From Torpedo marmorata (Eukaryota): a stretch of 64,000 bases of DNA. The translations under genes and the position numbers were made by a program. Positions 12,596 through 25,349 of the stretch are shown in pieces. Location of the stretch: the NCBI GenBank assembly GCA_977017645.1, contig OZ360243.1, positions 65,224,001 to 65,288,000 of the forward strand, written 5' to 3'. The notes under the pieces were generated by a model. The model was not told the origin of the DNA. It ran no database searches and worked only from the letters and a program-made list of their open reading frames with translations. Numbering within the stretch: the stretch's first letter is position 1; each line of letters begins with the position of its first letter.

Positions 12596-13319
12596 TTTCC
12601 TGCATTAAAAATGTGACCTCAAACCACAAACTGAATGGAAAATGTAGAGTTGTGCAGTTTTTTTTTGCACTACCAATAAATGGTAATTCTGCCTCACCCA
12701 CAGGAAAAAGAATCTCAGGGTTGTATGTGATGTCATGTGTGTACTCTGACAATGAATCTGAAATCTGAAAAGGTTCTATAGAAATGTAAACCTTTTATTT
12801 TACCCTTGTGGACCAAATTTCTCAACCCCTTGAAAGGAGATACCCTATTTCCTGCATTTATCTGCATCCCAATAATATTTCCTGTAACGTGGCATTGTTT
12901 CCCTTCTGAACAACTTCAACACCATCATCCTGCGCTTGCGACTGTGGGAACGTGTGCATGCAATGACCATGAAGCCCCCTATAAAACAGGGGGGGTGCCC
13001 TGTCCAAAAACAAACATTATTGGGGACTGACGAGAGACAGCAGATGCTGAAATCCGGAGCAAAACAAAAAAATCTGCTGGAGGGACAGTACCTCTTGAGG
13101 AAAAAAAAGAGGGATGTGTTATTATCGTTGGGCTACAACTCTGTTTGACACCAGTACACTTACAGACACGTATTTATGTGTAAGCGCAGACATAGGGCAG
13201 GAATCAAACCTAAAAGGCAAACAAACCATCAACAGAAGTACATTGCACCAATGAATCTCAAATTTCTGTCCTGCCCACACATAATAGATACATCGCAGAT
13301 TTGTTCAGACTCAACTATT

Positions 13320-13921
13320 GACTTTGTGTCTGGACCCAAGATGGCAGCACCTATGATCAGCAGCGGCCTTGAGGGGTTGCAGACTCCGAGGAAGCGGAGG
13401 ACTGGCGCAGGGCATCAAAAAAATGGGGAGACCACCCCCGTTTGAGGAGACGACCCACGGGATAGTGACCACAGCAGCAGACCAGCGAGGGGCCCTGAGG
13501 CTGAAGAACACACAGGTGGCGCGGGCTGTTGATGACTTGAGGCGAGGAACCCAGGCAGGCTGCGGGTTGCTGGCGATTGCTGTCAAGAGACTCGCTGAAG
13601 GGTTACTAGCTATCGGAACCAAGGATGCGAGAGGGCACTGGAGGCTTCCTGATCGTGTCAGAGGTGTGCATCTGGAGCTCGGGTTGCTGATGGTTTGGCC
13701 TGAAGGCTGTGTGGCTGCACGAGCGCTGGAGGTGAATCCACAGACCTTCCGTGACTCTGGGGGGGGGGGGGGACTCTCTTCTGCTTCTCTTTCTCTGACT
13801 GTAAGGGGCGCCTGGCAATTTCTGCTGATAACGAATCTTTATCTGCCTTATGGTAGACTAAAGGGAATTTCGTGTAATATCACATTTTGTTTTATTACAT
13901 AACAATAATCTTGAATCTTGA
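13320..13921 (+). mobile_element. Second copy of the GC-rich non-autonomous retroelement
   Basis: cccaagatggcagcacctatgatcagcagc... ending ttattacataacaataatcttgaatcttga. Confidence 0.7.
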
Positions 13922-13949
13922 AGGGATGGATCATTACATAAGACAACAG

Positions 13950-15934
13950 ATACAAACATGTACACTTCTTTTGTTTATTTATTAATGCAGGTAGCATAGT
14001 ATTCCATTCTTTACAAGGATAGGAACAGGTCAGGTAATATCTATTCACCAATAACTTACTTTACTAGAAAAAAAAGAGAAATACTGTGTCCTCAAAGCTC
14101 CACATCTGAAAGGTACTGCATAAATTGTACAAATAACTTAGAACCTGTATTATTTGCCTTTTCTACCAGTTTTCTATGTCACATTGCACATCTGTTTTGG
14201 CTTTGTCAGTACCTCGAAAAAAATAAAACAAGAACAAGACAAGAGTTATTTTACAATAAAAGGAAAGAGGTGCAATGGGGAGAGTGACGTGTGTTAAAAA
14301 AAAAACAGCCACTAAAATGTTGCACAAGGATTATATAATGTGCATGCTGTACACCGTGGACAAGGGTGCCGAACACCATCAAGAGTCTTTGGGTGGTTTT
14401 CTGGCACTGCGCTATTAAAAGGACTGCCAATAACTTGCTTGTTAACTCCCAGATGTGCTGAATTTAATGAGATTTTACAGTTATTTAGTCCTTGATTAAC
14501 TTCCATGTGATTGAGGTAGAAAAGATTGGACATTGAAAGCAAAAAAAAAAGATTTATTTTAAGGGCTTGTAAATAAATGTTTTATTCACATTTTATTTAA
14601 ATTGACTGCAGCGGTTAAAAGTTGCGAGAGGAGCTAAGTTTTTTTAAATTATTTTTAATGTTTTGTGTGAAGGAGACGACATTAACAGTACTTAACTCTC
14701 AAGGCTACAGAAACTCTGAAGCATACAGGAGGTACACATTACCAGAACCACAGTATTTTGTCACTAGGCCTCAGACTTTGAGGCAATAGTGCTAACATGC
14801 AATTTTTATATTTCCTGTACAACCACAAAAGCAGAAATTTTGTGGTGAGATGGACAAGCAAAAACAGACATTGTGGTGCCAGGAAACCATCCAAACATCA
14901 GCAAACCAAAACAAAATTAAAAAAACCCTCTCAAGCAGAATCGCAATAGATCAACAAAATTAAGTCTAGTTTATTTTTTTTCTTAAAAAATTATCCAACA
15001 AGACCGTAGCAGTCTTTTTGTTTTATAATCCACTAGCAATTATAATTGTTAAATGTATACAACCATTCAGCTTGCACAGCATGTAATGAGATAATTCTTC
15101 TACATCTTCTTGATAGTCTGAATTACAAACAACAGTTACAGGAACTTGTTCACAATGCATTTCAGCCAGGGACAATAGATGCCCAGATTCTTCATTGGTA
15201 ATATCCGCGTATTACACTGATCGCCTGCAACTGATAGCACTTCCTATGTGGAGGCTGAAGGTCAGATAAATGGTCTGTCTACAAGGTAATGCATCAAACA
15301 ACTTCCGCTGGTGAGAGGCAGCAGATCTGGGAGCTCGTTTTCGGCAGTTTTACGAGCAGAGAGGAGTAATCTGGCTCTCTTTTGTTCTTTTGCTGTCTCC
15401 TCCTTCAAACTCTGTGTGCCTTCCCTCTTGATCCCAGAGTCCTCTCGCCCTCAGCTGATCGCGGTGTGTTCAAGAAGCCCCACACGGTCTCACGGATGAC
15501 CATTTTTTCCTTGTATATTTTACAGGTATTTTCAGGATTGGGGGCTGTGGCCAGTGGGGAGGGGAGTGGGGGTTGCTGGAAGGCAGAGAGAAGGAAGGGT
15601 TGGTGGTATCTTGTTTAAAATGCTATTTCACAGCACAAGATCCTGTCTCACAAATAAACAGGCGACGCTTCTACAATGGTGTATTCACAAATGATGGTTT
15701 GACAACTCTGTATACCTACACAGCATACAGAGCTCCTTAAAGGGTGAAGTCTAGGGAAACTCTTATCTGACGCAAAGCTTACTAATTGAAGTAGTCTATG
15801 GTTGCCCAGTTGCCGAGGTCTCCTGTCATCTGAAAACAGGTGAAGTTGCTTGCATTTTTGTTGAATCCCTCTTACAGAGAATGTTAATGCAAAGCAGGCG
15901 CGCTCTGCAGCCTGGAGCTTCACGCCGGAGATCT
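13950..15934 (-). other. GATA3: GATA3 3' UTR with tandem polyadenylation signals
   Basis: AU-rich and repeat-free. Minus-strand AATAAA at 14975-14970, 14597-14592, 14586-14581, 14558-14553 and overlapping hexamers near 13983-13974, the last followed by GU-rich sequence. Confidence 0.7.
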
Positions 15935-16234
15935 CTAGCCCATTGCAGTGACCATACTCGAGGGATGGTGAGGTCCAAATGACAGACTGGAGGACGGATG
16001 AACCGGGGTCGGTGTCGTCAGCATGTGGCCGGAATGACTGAATGGTGGGATGTGATGAATCGGGGACATGTGTCTCGTGAGCGCTGTAGGACTGAAAGAA
16101 CTGGCCTTGTCCATGAGGCTCTTTGAAAACTCATCCAGACCGTCGTGGGTCTTTTTGCTCTTCTTGGATTTGCTGGACATTTTCCGGTTCCGGGTTTGAA
16201 TTCCCTCTTTCTTCATGGTCAGTGGTCGGTTAAT
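15935..16234 (-). CDS. GATA3: GATA3 last coding exon
   Basis: Acceptor ctgtag|ATT. Translates [25 protein letters not shown]...SSMVTAMG, with stop TAG at 15937-15935. Confidence 0.98.
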   Translation of the reverse strand: MNRPLTMKKEGIQTRNRKMSSKSKKSKKTHDGLDEFSKSLMDKASSFSPTALTRHMSPIHHIPPFSHSGHMLTTPTPVHPSSSLSFGPHHPSSMVTAMG

Positions 16235-16849
16235 CTACAGGTGAAAGAAAGCAAGGCATTTTTAAAACGTCTTATTCCTTCCAACCCCGGGCCGATGGTT
16301 TAACCTTTGCCAAGGGCCGATGCATCCTGGAAACTTTCCACAACCTCACTCTTTTTGCCACCTTGAAGAAACAAACGTGTGATGAGTAAAGAAAGATTTG
16401 CACTTATTTGTCATTTGTATAGTCCCTGGATACCCAAAACCAATAATGCACCCCTGAAGTATGGCCACAATTGCACAGGGAACACAGTGGTTGATTTTTA
16501 CACACAAGATCCCACAAACAGCATTATAATAATCAACAGAGCATTTGTTTTGGTATGCTTAATCGAGGGATCAGCTCATGATTGAATGGCGGGGCAGAAT
16601 CGATGGGCTGAATAGCCTATTTCTCCCATGTCTTATGGTCTTGTGGACAAATATCAGCCAGGACTGCAATGCCACTGAATCATTTATTTTCACTCAGTCA
16701 ATGTGTGGTGTGACAAGTTAGCACCTCCAAAAAAGCAGCTATTTTTAGGAACTACACTTGATTATCAGCTTGTGTAAGTTTGTTGTGGCAAGCTAATCAC
16801 CTACAGATGGTTCATCCCAATTCTGTGCTTAACTGATATGTTCACAGGC

Positions 16850-17145
16850 ATACACAGATATCTACACACACGGCAACATACACACACACGCACACTAACT
16901 CACTCACGCACACACTCACGCACACTCACGCACGCACTCACTCAGGCACACTCACGCACGCACTCATGCACGCACCAACATTGACGCACACACACACGCC
17001 AACATACACACACGCACATGCACATGCATACAGACATGTACACACACACAAACACGCACACATGCACTCACACTCACACATGCACTCACACATGCACACC
17101 ATACACACATGCACACACTACAACACACACATATACAAACACACT
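16850..17145. repeat. Degenerate (CA)n/CACG microsatellite
   Basis: Seen directly. Confidence 0.95.
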
Positions 17146-17997
17146 GCAATCAGAAGCAAAAACCTTTACTCCTCCTCATGCTAGATCACTAAAGATAATT
17201 GTGACACGCAGTTTAATTAGGTGAACCATCTCAGACTGGGAGTTGAACAGGTCTATAAAATATTACATTGCAACGTTTTATTTACGAAATTCAGTTGGCT
17301 AAGTTTCAGTACTGATGATATTTTTGCCGTCTACCAAATTTCTTGACTTGTTCATGACAATAAATTCTGATTTTGATTCATATACGAACAAGTGAAGAAA
17401 GTCCCTCCAACCTCTCCAATAAAACAGAGACCTTTACTATCTTAACCCAAGATGATGCTTATTTTTGCTTGACTGTTTCTTTTACACAATGTGGCAAAAG
17501 GGAGACCAGAAGTAAAGTTACAAATGTTCTCAGGTTTCTGCGAGTACTATCTAAGTCATCTTCATTTACAATTCTGTTACTCAACTCCCATCTTCAAATG
17601 CTCTGTCTTATGTAGCGTCAATGGCTATCAATCAGGTTTTAAGTGGAAAACTAACACCTTCAAAACAGCGCAGAGCAAGGATTGGCACAATCTGATTTTC
17701 AGGAAGAAGAGCCCATAAGTGCAGAATCAAAGAGAGCTCGATCTTAAAAAAAAGCACCGAATCTAAAACAATAGTAGTTTGTGCGGTAAATGTCAGGAAG
17801 TGATTGCACATTTGAAACACTTCCCTCAATAACAATGATGAGGAACCAACAAAAAGCATATGAAACAGAAGGAGTTTTAACCAACTTCACCAATAGACGG
17901 CCAGAAATTTTTTTTAAATTTCCACAAACACGATTTAACCATCCATAATGTACAAATTCAACAGATGTGCTCACTTCCCTGACAACTGACAATACAT

Positions 17998-18925
17998 GCC
18001 ATAGAACCATAGAGCATGAGAGCACAGAGGCAGGCCCTTTGGCCCATCTAGTCCATGCCGAACTATTATTCTGCCTAGTCCCATTGACCAGTCATCGCCC
18101 TGCATATTCCTCCCATCCATGTACCTACCTATCCGAGTTTTTCTTAAATGTCAAAGTCGTTGCAAGAGCTGAGACTTGCATTTAAATTTATATTAGAACA
18201 TAGAATATTACAGCACACTACAGGCCCTTCAGCCCACGATGTTGTGCTGACCTATATTTACCTAAAAAAACCTAAACCCCCCCCCCTACCTCATAACCCT
18301 CTATTTTTCTTTCATCCATGTGCCTGTCTAAGAGTCTCTTTAAATGCCCCCAATGTTCCAACCTCCACCCTGGCAAGGCATTCCAGGCACCCACAACTCT
18401 CTGTGTAAAAAACTTACCCCTGATGTCTCCCCCAAATCTTCCTCCCTTCACTTTGTACACATGTCCTCTGGTGTTTGCTACTCCCGCCCTGGGAAAAAGG
18501 TGCTGGCTGTCCACCCTATCTATGCCTTTCCTAACATTGTAGACTTCTATTAAGTCACCTCTCATCCTTCTTCTCTCCAAGGAGAAAAGTCCCAGCTCTG
18601 CTAACCTTGCCTCATAAGACATATTTTCCAATCCAGGCAACATCCTGCTAAATCTCCTCTGCACCCTCTCCATAGCTTCCACATCCTTCCTGTAATGAGG
18701 TGACCAGAACTGAACACAATACTCTAAGTGTGGTCTCACCGGATATTTAGAGCTGTAAACATCACTTCACCACTTCTGAACTCAATCCCCCGACTAATGA
18801 AACCCAGCATCCCATAGGCCTTCTTAACTGTCCTATCAACCTGCGCAGCGACCTTGAGAGATGGATTTGGACCCCAAGGTCCCTCTGTTCTTCCACACTG
18901 TTAAATATCCTACCATTAACTCTGT
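17998..18925 (-). mobile_element. Two adjacent CR1 3' fragments
   Basis: ORF 18272-18739 [18 protein letters not shown]...KFFTQRVVGAWN. A second tail lies at 17998-18152. Confidence 0.92.
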
Positions 18926-18949
18926 TGCACTATTTCAAATCGTTTACAC

Positions 18950-19217
18950 ATTTTTAAATTTAAAAAAAAATTAGACATACAGCACGGTAACAGGCCATTT
19001 CAGCCCACGAGCCCGTGCCGCCCAATTACACCCAATTAACCTACAAACCCTGGTACGTTTCAAATGGTGGAAGGAAACAAGAGCCCCCGGGGAAAACCCA
19101 CACAGACACGGGGAGAACATACCAACTCCTTACAGACAGCGCGGGATTCGAACCCCGGTCCCGATCGCTGATGCTGTAAAGGCGTTGTGCTAACCGCTAC
19201 GCCAACCATGCCGCCCC
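18950..19217 (-). mobile_element. HE1-like V-SINE, near full length
   Basis: Complete tRNA head, V-domain and tail. Confidence 0.9.
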
Positions 19218-19539
19218 AATGTTACATTCTGAACTGCAGTCACCATTTTAATGAAGAAAACACAATAGGTGTCAGCAACCTTCACAAGTACGATAACACT
19301 GATTGGGGAATAAACATTGGACAGGGTGTCACGGAGAATTTCCTGACTTTTCAAAAGGGTATTCAAATCCCTGGAGTGGGACCCCACCTCACAGATGAGC
19401 CACAAGTGTCTGCAATGTATATTGTGAAATGGAACTACTGACACGTGTCACATGGTTGAGATTGGAAGTATCAATTTCTTAGTATGTGCTTGTGCATCGT
19501 GTTCAATGCATAGGCAGGTGATGCTACCTTTCATCAGAC

Positions 19540-19655
19540 TTGATTCAGACAAAGGGTTTTCTACCTTAAAGTCTGACTGGTTCTCTTTCCACAGATGCTT
19601 ACTGACCTGCTGAGTGTCTCCAACTTGTGTCAGATTTTCAGCATCTGCAGTTGGC
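19540..19655. mobile_element. Old Penelope-type terminal fragment
   Basis: cagatgcttactgacctgctgagt...cagcatctgcag. Confidence 0.55.
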
Positions 19656-19735
19656 TTTTAAAGGATTTTTGTTTAAATCAGCCGGAGAAACAGAATTTCG
19701 AAATTCTCTTTTGAACAGAATTCTGTTTCTGTTTT

Positions 19736-19968
19736 GGGGCGGCAGTTAGCGCAACCTGTTACAGCATCGGCGACCCAGGTTCAGATCCAGCGCTCGCTGT
19801 TAAGGAGTTTGTACGTTCTCCCCGTGTCTGCGTGTGTTTCCTCCAGGTGCTCCGTTTCCTCCCACCCTCCAAAAACGAACGTGGGTTGTAGGTGAATTGG
19901 GTGGCACGGACTCGTGGGCCAGAAGGGCCTGTTACTGTGCTGTGTGTCTAAATTTAAAATTTAAAATA
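19736..19968 (+). mobile_element. HE1-like V-SINE
   Basis: V-domain and tail gggcctgttactgtgctgtgtgtctaaattt. Confidence 0.88.
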
Positions 19969-20499
19969 ATAAATTGCTGACACACTGTGATCACACCAAG
20001 TATTGGGTAAACATATGGGTTGAAGTGCTGCTCTGAACACTGCCTGTGGCACTGTTGCAAGATTACAGAACGTAGTTTTTTGCTGTTTCACACCCCGAGG
20101 CCAAGTCTGCATCTCGTTTGCATTAAATCCAGCGTGGATGTAAAGCACTGCACATGCTCCTCAGTAGATAACTGTTAAATCACTAAAACTGTCCGAGCTG
20201 CTCAGTTTGTAGCTACAAAGCATTCTACTTTGAATTACTTTTCTTGAAAACAAACTAAGTGCTGAAGCAATGGGGTTCTGTATTTTCACTCTGTTCCGAA
20301 GTTATAGATGAAGCCAATCAAATCTATTCCAACAACCCATTTTGGGGGAATTGGAGGCAGGTAGTGGAGGATTCGTTTATTTCCAATGGAACCAATTTCC
20401 TCTTACATTTTTCTTAAAAGATGCTGTTACTGCCATTATATTCAACTTATTTATGTAAAGATACAAAAGGAGAACAGAGCAGGCTCACGCAGAATATTG

Positions 20500-21198
20500 T
20501 AAATACATACAGAAATGCTGGAGGAACTCAGCCGGTCTTGCACCATCCATAGGAGGTAAAGATATATTACCGACGTTTCGGGCCTGAGCCCTTCTTCAAG
20601 GTATAAGCAATCAGACATCTCAATAAAGACTGGGGAGAGAAAGGGGGAAAGAATGGCCGGGGAGGAGTCCAGACCAACAGCCAAAAGGTGTTAATTGAAT
20701 ATGATAAGAGGAGAGGTAAGAATTGATTTTGGCTCTGTGAAAGGAGACAGAGAGAAAAGGGAAGAGAGAGAGAGAAACAGAGCTGGGGGAAAGACGACAA
20801 GGGGATGAAGATGGGTGGGGGGGGGGTTGTTTAATGGAAACCAGAGAAGTTGATGTTAATGCCATCCAGTTGGAGGGTGCCAAGACAGAAGATGAAGTGT
20901 TGTTTTTTAACAGAAACCGGAGAAGTCGATGTTAATGCCATCCGGTTCGAGGGTGTCCAATTAACACCTTTTACTTGTTGGCCTGGACTCCTCCCCCTCC
21001 CATTCTTCCCCCTTTCTCTCCCCAGTCTTTCTTCATACACCTGCCTGCTTTTTGCTTATACCTTGAAGAAGGGCTCAGGCTCAAAACGTCAGTAATACAT
21101 CTTTACCTCCTATGGATGCTGCGAGATTGGCTGAGTTCTTCCAGCATTTCTGTGTTTTTACTACAATCACAGCGCCTGCAGACTTCCGTGTTTCACCA
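20500..21198. mobile_element. Penelope-like element remnant with inverted termini
   Basis: Arms about 20505-20610 and 21050-21160 are inverted. The internal minus-strand QHFIFCLGTLQLDGININFSGF resembles the C-terminus of the Penelope GIY-YIG domain. Confidence 0.82.
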
Positions 21199-22122
21199 TG
21201 TGGAATAATAACCAGCCCCTCAAATGTCCCTGTGTGGGTCTTGGTTCTGTCATTATGTATTCAACTGTTAAGAGCATCAGACTTAGACCTAATTCTGAGC
21301 TCCACCAATGTCATTGAGAGGAAATGTCCATTGAGAGGGTGGAGTAGAGGAGTGGACTGCACAGTGATGACATGCAAGGATCACTCGGTTCCAACCACTG
21401 CCCTGAAAAGTGCAAACAGGGCAATCACAAAACTCCCTGGAAAGACAATGGCACCCTGTACCTTCCAAACACCATGGCATGAAGGCCCTGGAAAACACGG
21501 ACCACTTCCCATGTCTTGGAAGCAGCATCTTAACCGAGGAAGACATCGACAATGAAGTTTGTCGTTTTCATGGGTAAAGAGTGTTTGAAAATCAAGAGAT
21601 CAAACCTGGCACAAAACGGATCAGCGGAACTCTCTGCCCTCCTGTGTGCTTCTGAGATGTGGACATAAAGGACAGGAGGCTGGAGAGTTCTCCAGATCCA
21701 CTGGCAGGATAAGCAATCCAAACACCAGTTTCCTGTCCCAGACCTTCCCCATTAGTGAAGCCCAACTTACACTCAGGCAGCTCCATAAGACAAGCCCCAC
21801 CCTTTGCATGCCCGACAACAGCCTCCCAGATTGAAAACTGTCACAGAAGAGATCACCAGAACAGATAAAATCTCCTTACATAGAACAGCATAGGAACAGG
21901 CCCACTGGAACACATGTCTGCGCCGAATATGATGCCCAATTTATGCTAAAAAGTTGCTCTATTTCCTGCAGAACTGTACCACTAACTGCAACTATGAATA
22001 TTTATTTAGCTACCTATTATCTCTTTCCATTGTGGGTTAATTTAAGATATTCGCAGTTGGGCATATCTTACTGACCGGATTGGCTGTAGCGAGAAAGAAT
22101 TTCAGTGCACATGTGCATTGGA

Positions 22123-22325
22123 CAGTAAAACCCCCAGTATCCGGCACCTATGGGGATGGGTAGATGCCAGATAAGTGAATTTTCCGGTTGCTTGAGACTG
22201 CATGTGCGTGGATTGGCGAACTAACCGCTGGGGGCGCCAATTTTAAACTTCCACATTTTTTAACTATTTATTTTCCGCAATTTTTTTGCCGGTTGCTTGA
22301 ATTCCGGATAATTGAGATTTTACTG
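22123..22325. mobile_element. Tigger/pogo-like MITE
   Basis: Imperfect terminal inverted repeats cagtaaaacccccagtatccgg / ccggataattgagattttactg. The TA duplication is not intact. Confidence 0.65.
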
Positions 22326-22521
22326 AACATGTATATGACAATAAACTCATTATCATTACATTCATATGTCTGTCTCAGAGCCTCTTAAATGCGACTGTTG
22401 TATCTGCTTCCACCACTACATCTGGCAGCCCGTTCCAGGCACCCACTATTCCCTCTGTGATAAGCCCCACACATCACCTTTTAACTTTTCCCTCTTCACC
22501 TTAAATGCATATCCTCTGGAG

Positions 22522-22896
22522 CAGTGGTTTTCAAACTGCCCCCCTAAACTCACGTTCCACCTTAAGCAATCCCTATGCCATAAGTGCTCTGTGATTAGTA
22601 AGGGATTACTTAAGGTGGTATGTGAGTGGGAAGAAAAGGTTTGAAAGCCACTGTTTTAATCATACCTAATTGACTCGTTATGTGTACGGTTTCATAACTC
22701 CAAGGGAAATGGCCCAATGACAATTTTTCTCAAGCAAAATATTTCAGTAACAATTGGGTCTAGAGCAATGGTTCTCAACCTTCCCTTCCCACTCACATAC
22801 CACCTTAAGCAATCCCTTACTAATCACAGAGCACCTATGGCATAGAGATTGCTTAAGGTGGAATGTGAGTTTAGGGGGACAGTTTGAAATCCACTG
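22522..22896. mobile_element. hAT (Charlie-like) composite MITE
   Basis: Terminal inverted repeats cagtggttttcaaactg / cagtttgaaatccactg and a perfect 8-bp target duplication ctctggag (22514-22521, 22897-22904). Confidence 0.92.
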
Positions 22897-23315
22897 CTCT
22901 GGAGTGTGACAGTTTTAGCCTGGGGGAAAAGATTCTGGCTGTCTACTCTATCAATGCCTTTCATAATTTTATATAGCAACCCAAATTTGTCCAACCTCTC
23001 CTCATCGCTCACACCCTCTAATCCTAGTAAATCTCTTCTGTATCCTTTCCAAAGCCTCCACATCTGTTCGTTGAACATTTCCATGACGATTCAAAGTGGA
23101 GAAGGGCATGTGTTGGCTTTCCCATTGAGAACACCCTGAAGTCCGGTGCAAATGGTTGAAAGAACCCAACACCTCCTAAATAAGCCACCCTCAAGAAGCT
23201 CCTGCCTCACCCATAGCAAGGTCTGCAGGTCTTGCTAAGGTTTCCTTGGTCACCTCAGAACCACAGAAGTGGAGGTAAGTCAACTTCGATCTCCAGAGAT
23301 GGCCCAAGAGAAGAG

Positions 23316-23568
23316 CACAGTTGGCGTAGCAGTTAGCGCAACGCCTTTACAGCGCTAGCAATCGGGACCGGGGTTCGAATCACGCACTGTCTGTAAGGAG
23401 TTTGTACGTTCTGTCCATGTCTGCGTGTGATTTCCCCGGGGGCTCTGGTTTCCTCCAACCGTTCGAAACGTACCGGGGGTGTAGTTCAATTGGGTGTAAA
23501 TTGGGCGGCACGTACCCGTGGGTCGAAATGGCCTGTTACCGTGCTGTGTCTAAATTTAAAATAAAAAA
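23316..23568 (+). mobile_element. HE1-like V-SINE
   Basis: Head, B box, V-domain and tail. Confidence 0.9.
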
Positions 23569-23639
23569 ATGAGTCTATTTTTCCCTCCACTGAAGATCAG
23601 CTTTACTCAAATGACACTTGTCCTGTGGCACATGTGAGC

Positions 23640-23792
23640 NNNNNNNNNNNNNNNNNNNNNNNNNNNNNNNNNNNNNNNNNNNNNNNNNNNNNNNNNNNNN
23701 NNNNNNNNNNNNNNNNNNNNNNNNNNNNNNNNNNNNNNNNNNNNNNNNNNNNNNNNNNNNNNNNNNNNNNNNNNNNNNNNNNNNNNNNNNNN
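23640..23792. other. Assembly gap (others at 48433-48761, 55174-55417, 59310-59506)
   Basis: Runs of N. Confidence 1.
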
Positions 23793-24559
23793 TATGAGAG
23801 TCTCGTGATCATCTCACATCTACACCAGCCAGTTAACTGTTAAAGAAATGGAGGAATTAAAACATTCCTTATTTAGAATGGTTATTATGGATTTCTCAGG
23901 ACATTAAAATATGTATTTTAGGTTCTGACTTGTTGCCTATCTACATCAGAAGCCTCTTCTAACTTTAACCAGCAAAGCAACAAATGACATTCTTAGCTAC
24001 TTAATTTCTATCTCCTCCACGTCCTTCTTCAACACGAGTTATCAAATTGTCCCAAGGGTTCACTCCATTATTGTACCTTCACAGAGGATAAGCACCCATC
24101 TGCTTTCCAAACACCACTTTGAAACCACTATTATATTCCCAAACTCATTCGCAGACAGGAGCTGAAAGTTAATTTTCCAAACACACATCCAAGCAGAGAA
24201 CTCACAATCGGTTGGTGGTTTTGACTTATCGGCTTGCTTATTAGCACAAGAGGCTACTCATTCTCATTTTTGTCCCACAGTTGTATGTCAAGATCTCCCT
24301 CCCATCAGCAGGGCAGCCAGGATAATCAAACGGAAATATTCCTCCCATGCACAGAATTTGTTGAACATAAGTCGGACTTGTCGAAGGGAATATTAGTTAA
24401 CCTTTTATTCATGGAAAAACACTATCGCAGTGGCAGGACAGTAATAGGTATTCAACAAACAATGTTGTCCGTAGTATAAATTTACTCCACTAGTTAATTT
24501 AGTAATGACATCGTTGAGAACTGACTCCACAACCGCAGGTTGAAACATGGGCCACATAA

Positions 24560-24937
24560 GGGGGAATCTTTCAGAAACGTATAAAGTTATGAAAAGAGTA
24601 GTTAAGACAGAAGTAGGGAGGTTCTATCCACTGGCAGGTGAGACTAGAACTAAGGGACATAGCGTCAAGATTCGGGGAGTTGATTTAAGGCAGAGATAAG
24701 GAAGAACTGCTTCTCCTTGTTACCTGTGCAACTCTCTGCCCAAGGAAATAGTAGAGGCTGTCTCATTAACAGGATTTAAGACACAGTTAGATAGATTTTT
24801 GAAGACCAGGGGAACTAAGGGTTATGGGGAACAGGCGGGTAAGTCTACCACCAGATCAGCCACAATCTCATTGAATGGCGGAGCAGGCTCAATAGGTCAG
24901 ATGGCCAACTCCTGCTCCTATTTCTTACGTTCTTATA
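24560..24937 (+). mobile_element. CR1 3' fragment, degraded
   Basis: Same subfamily sequence as 3275-4440. Confidence 0.75.
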
Positions 24938-25349
24938 ACCACAGTCACTCCAACCCAAAAAACTAACTGCACAAGTACTTTAAAGCATCGCACATGCCAA
25001 ATCTAGATATTTATGCTAAAAGTTGTGATTTTCTCAAATTGTACGTTGAACACATTAATACATAATAGCATCTGATGAAGTCAAAAGGAACACATTAACC
25101 CTGTAAGGAATACTGAGTCATTTAAAAACTATGCAAGCAGTTTTATTTATCTTATCATTGCTAAAATGTTGACTTCAACCCCCTTTTTCCTCTTCCTCCA
25201 CCTTCTTCCTTATACATAGTCCACCTCCTGACATGTGATGCATTTTCTAGTGACTCAAACTCCCATGTACCTAGACAGGAGATCAAGTCCTTGTGATGTC
25301 ACCCAAACCACCAACAACTCCCTTCTACAGAGGTGAGTTCAATCCTACA

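Larger units (their letters stand above)
21880..23065 (-). mobile_element. CR1 3' fragment interrupted by several elements
   Basis: YKIMKGIDRVDSQNLFP remnant at 22905-22975 and CR1 sequence at 22365-22521. Confidence 0.75.
21290..23310 (+). mobile_element. Degraded RTE-type LINE hosting nested insertions
   Basis: gccctcctgtgtgcttctgagatgtgg = ALLCASEMW (LLYGSETW-like) at about 21636. An RTE-like 3' end (ggtcacctcagaacc) lies at about 23250. Confidence 0.55.
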
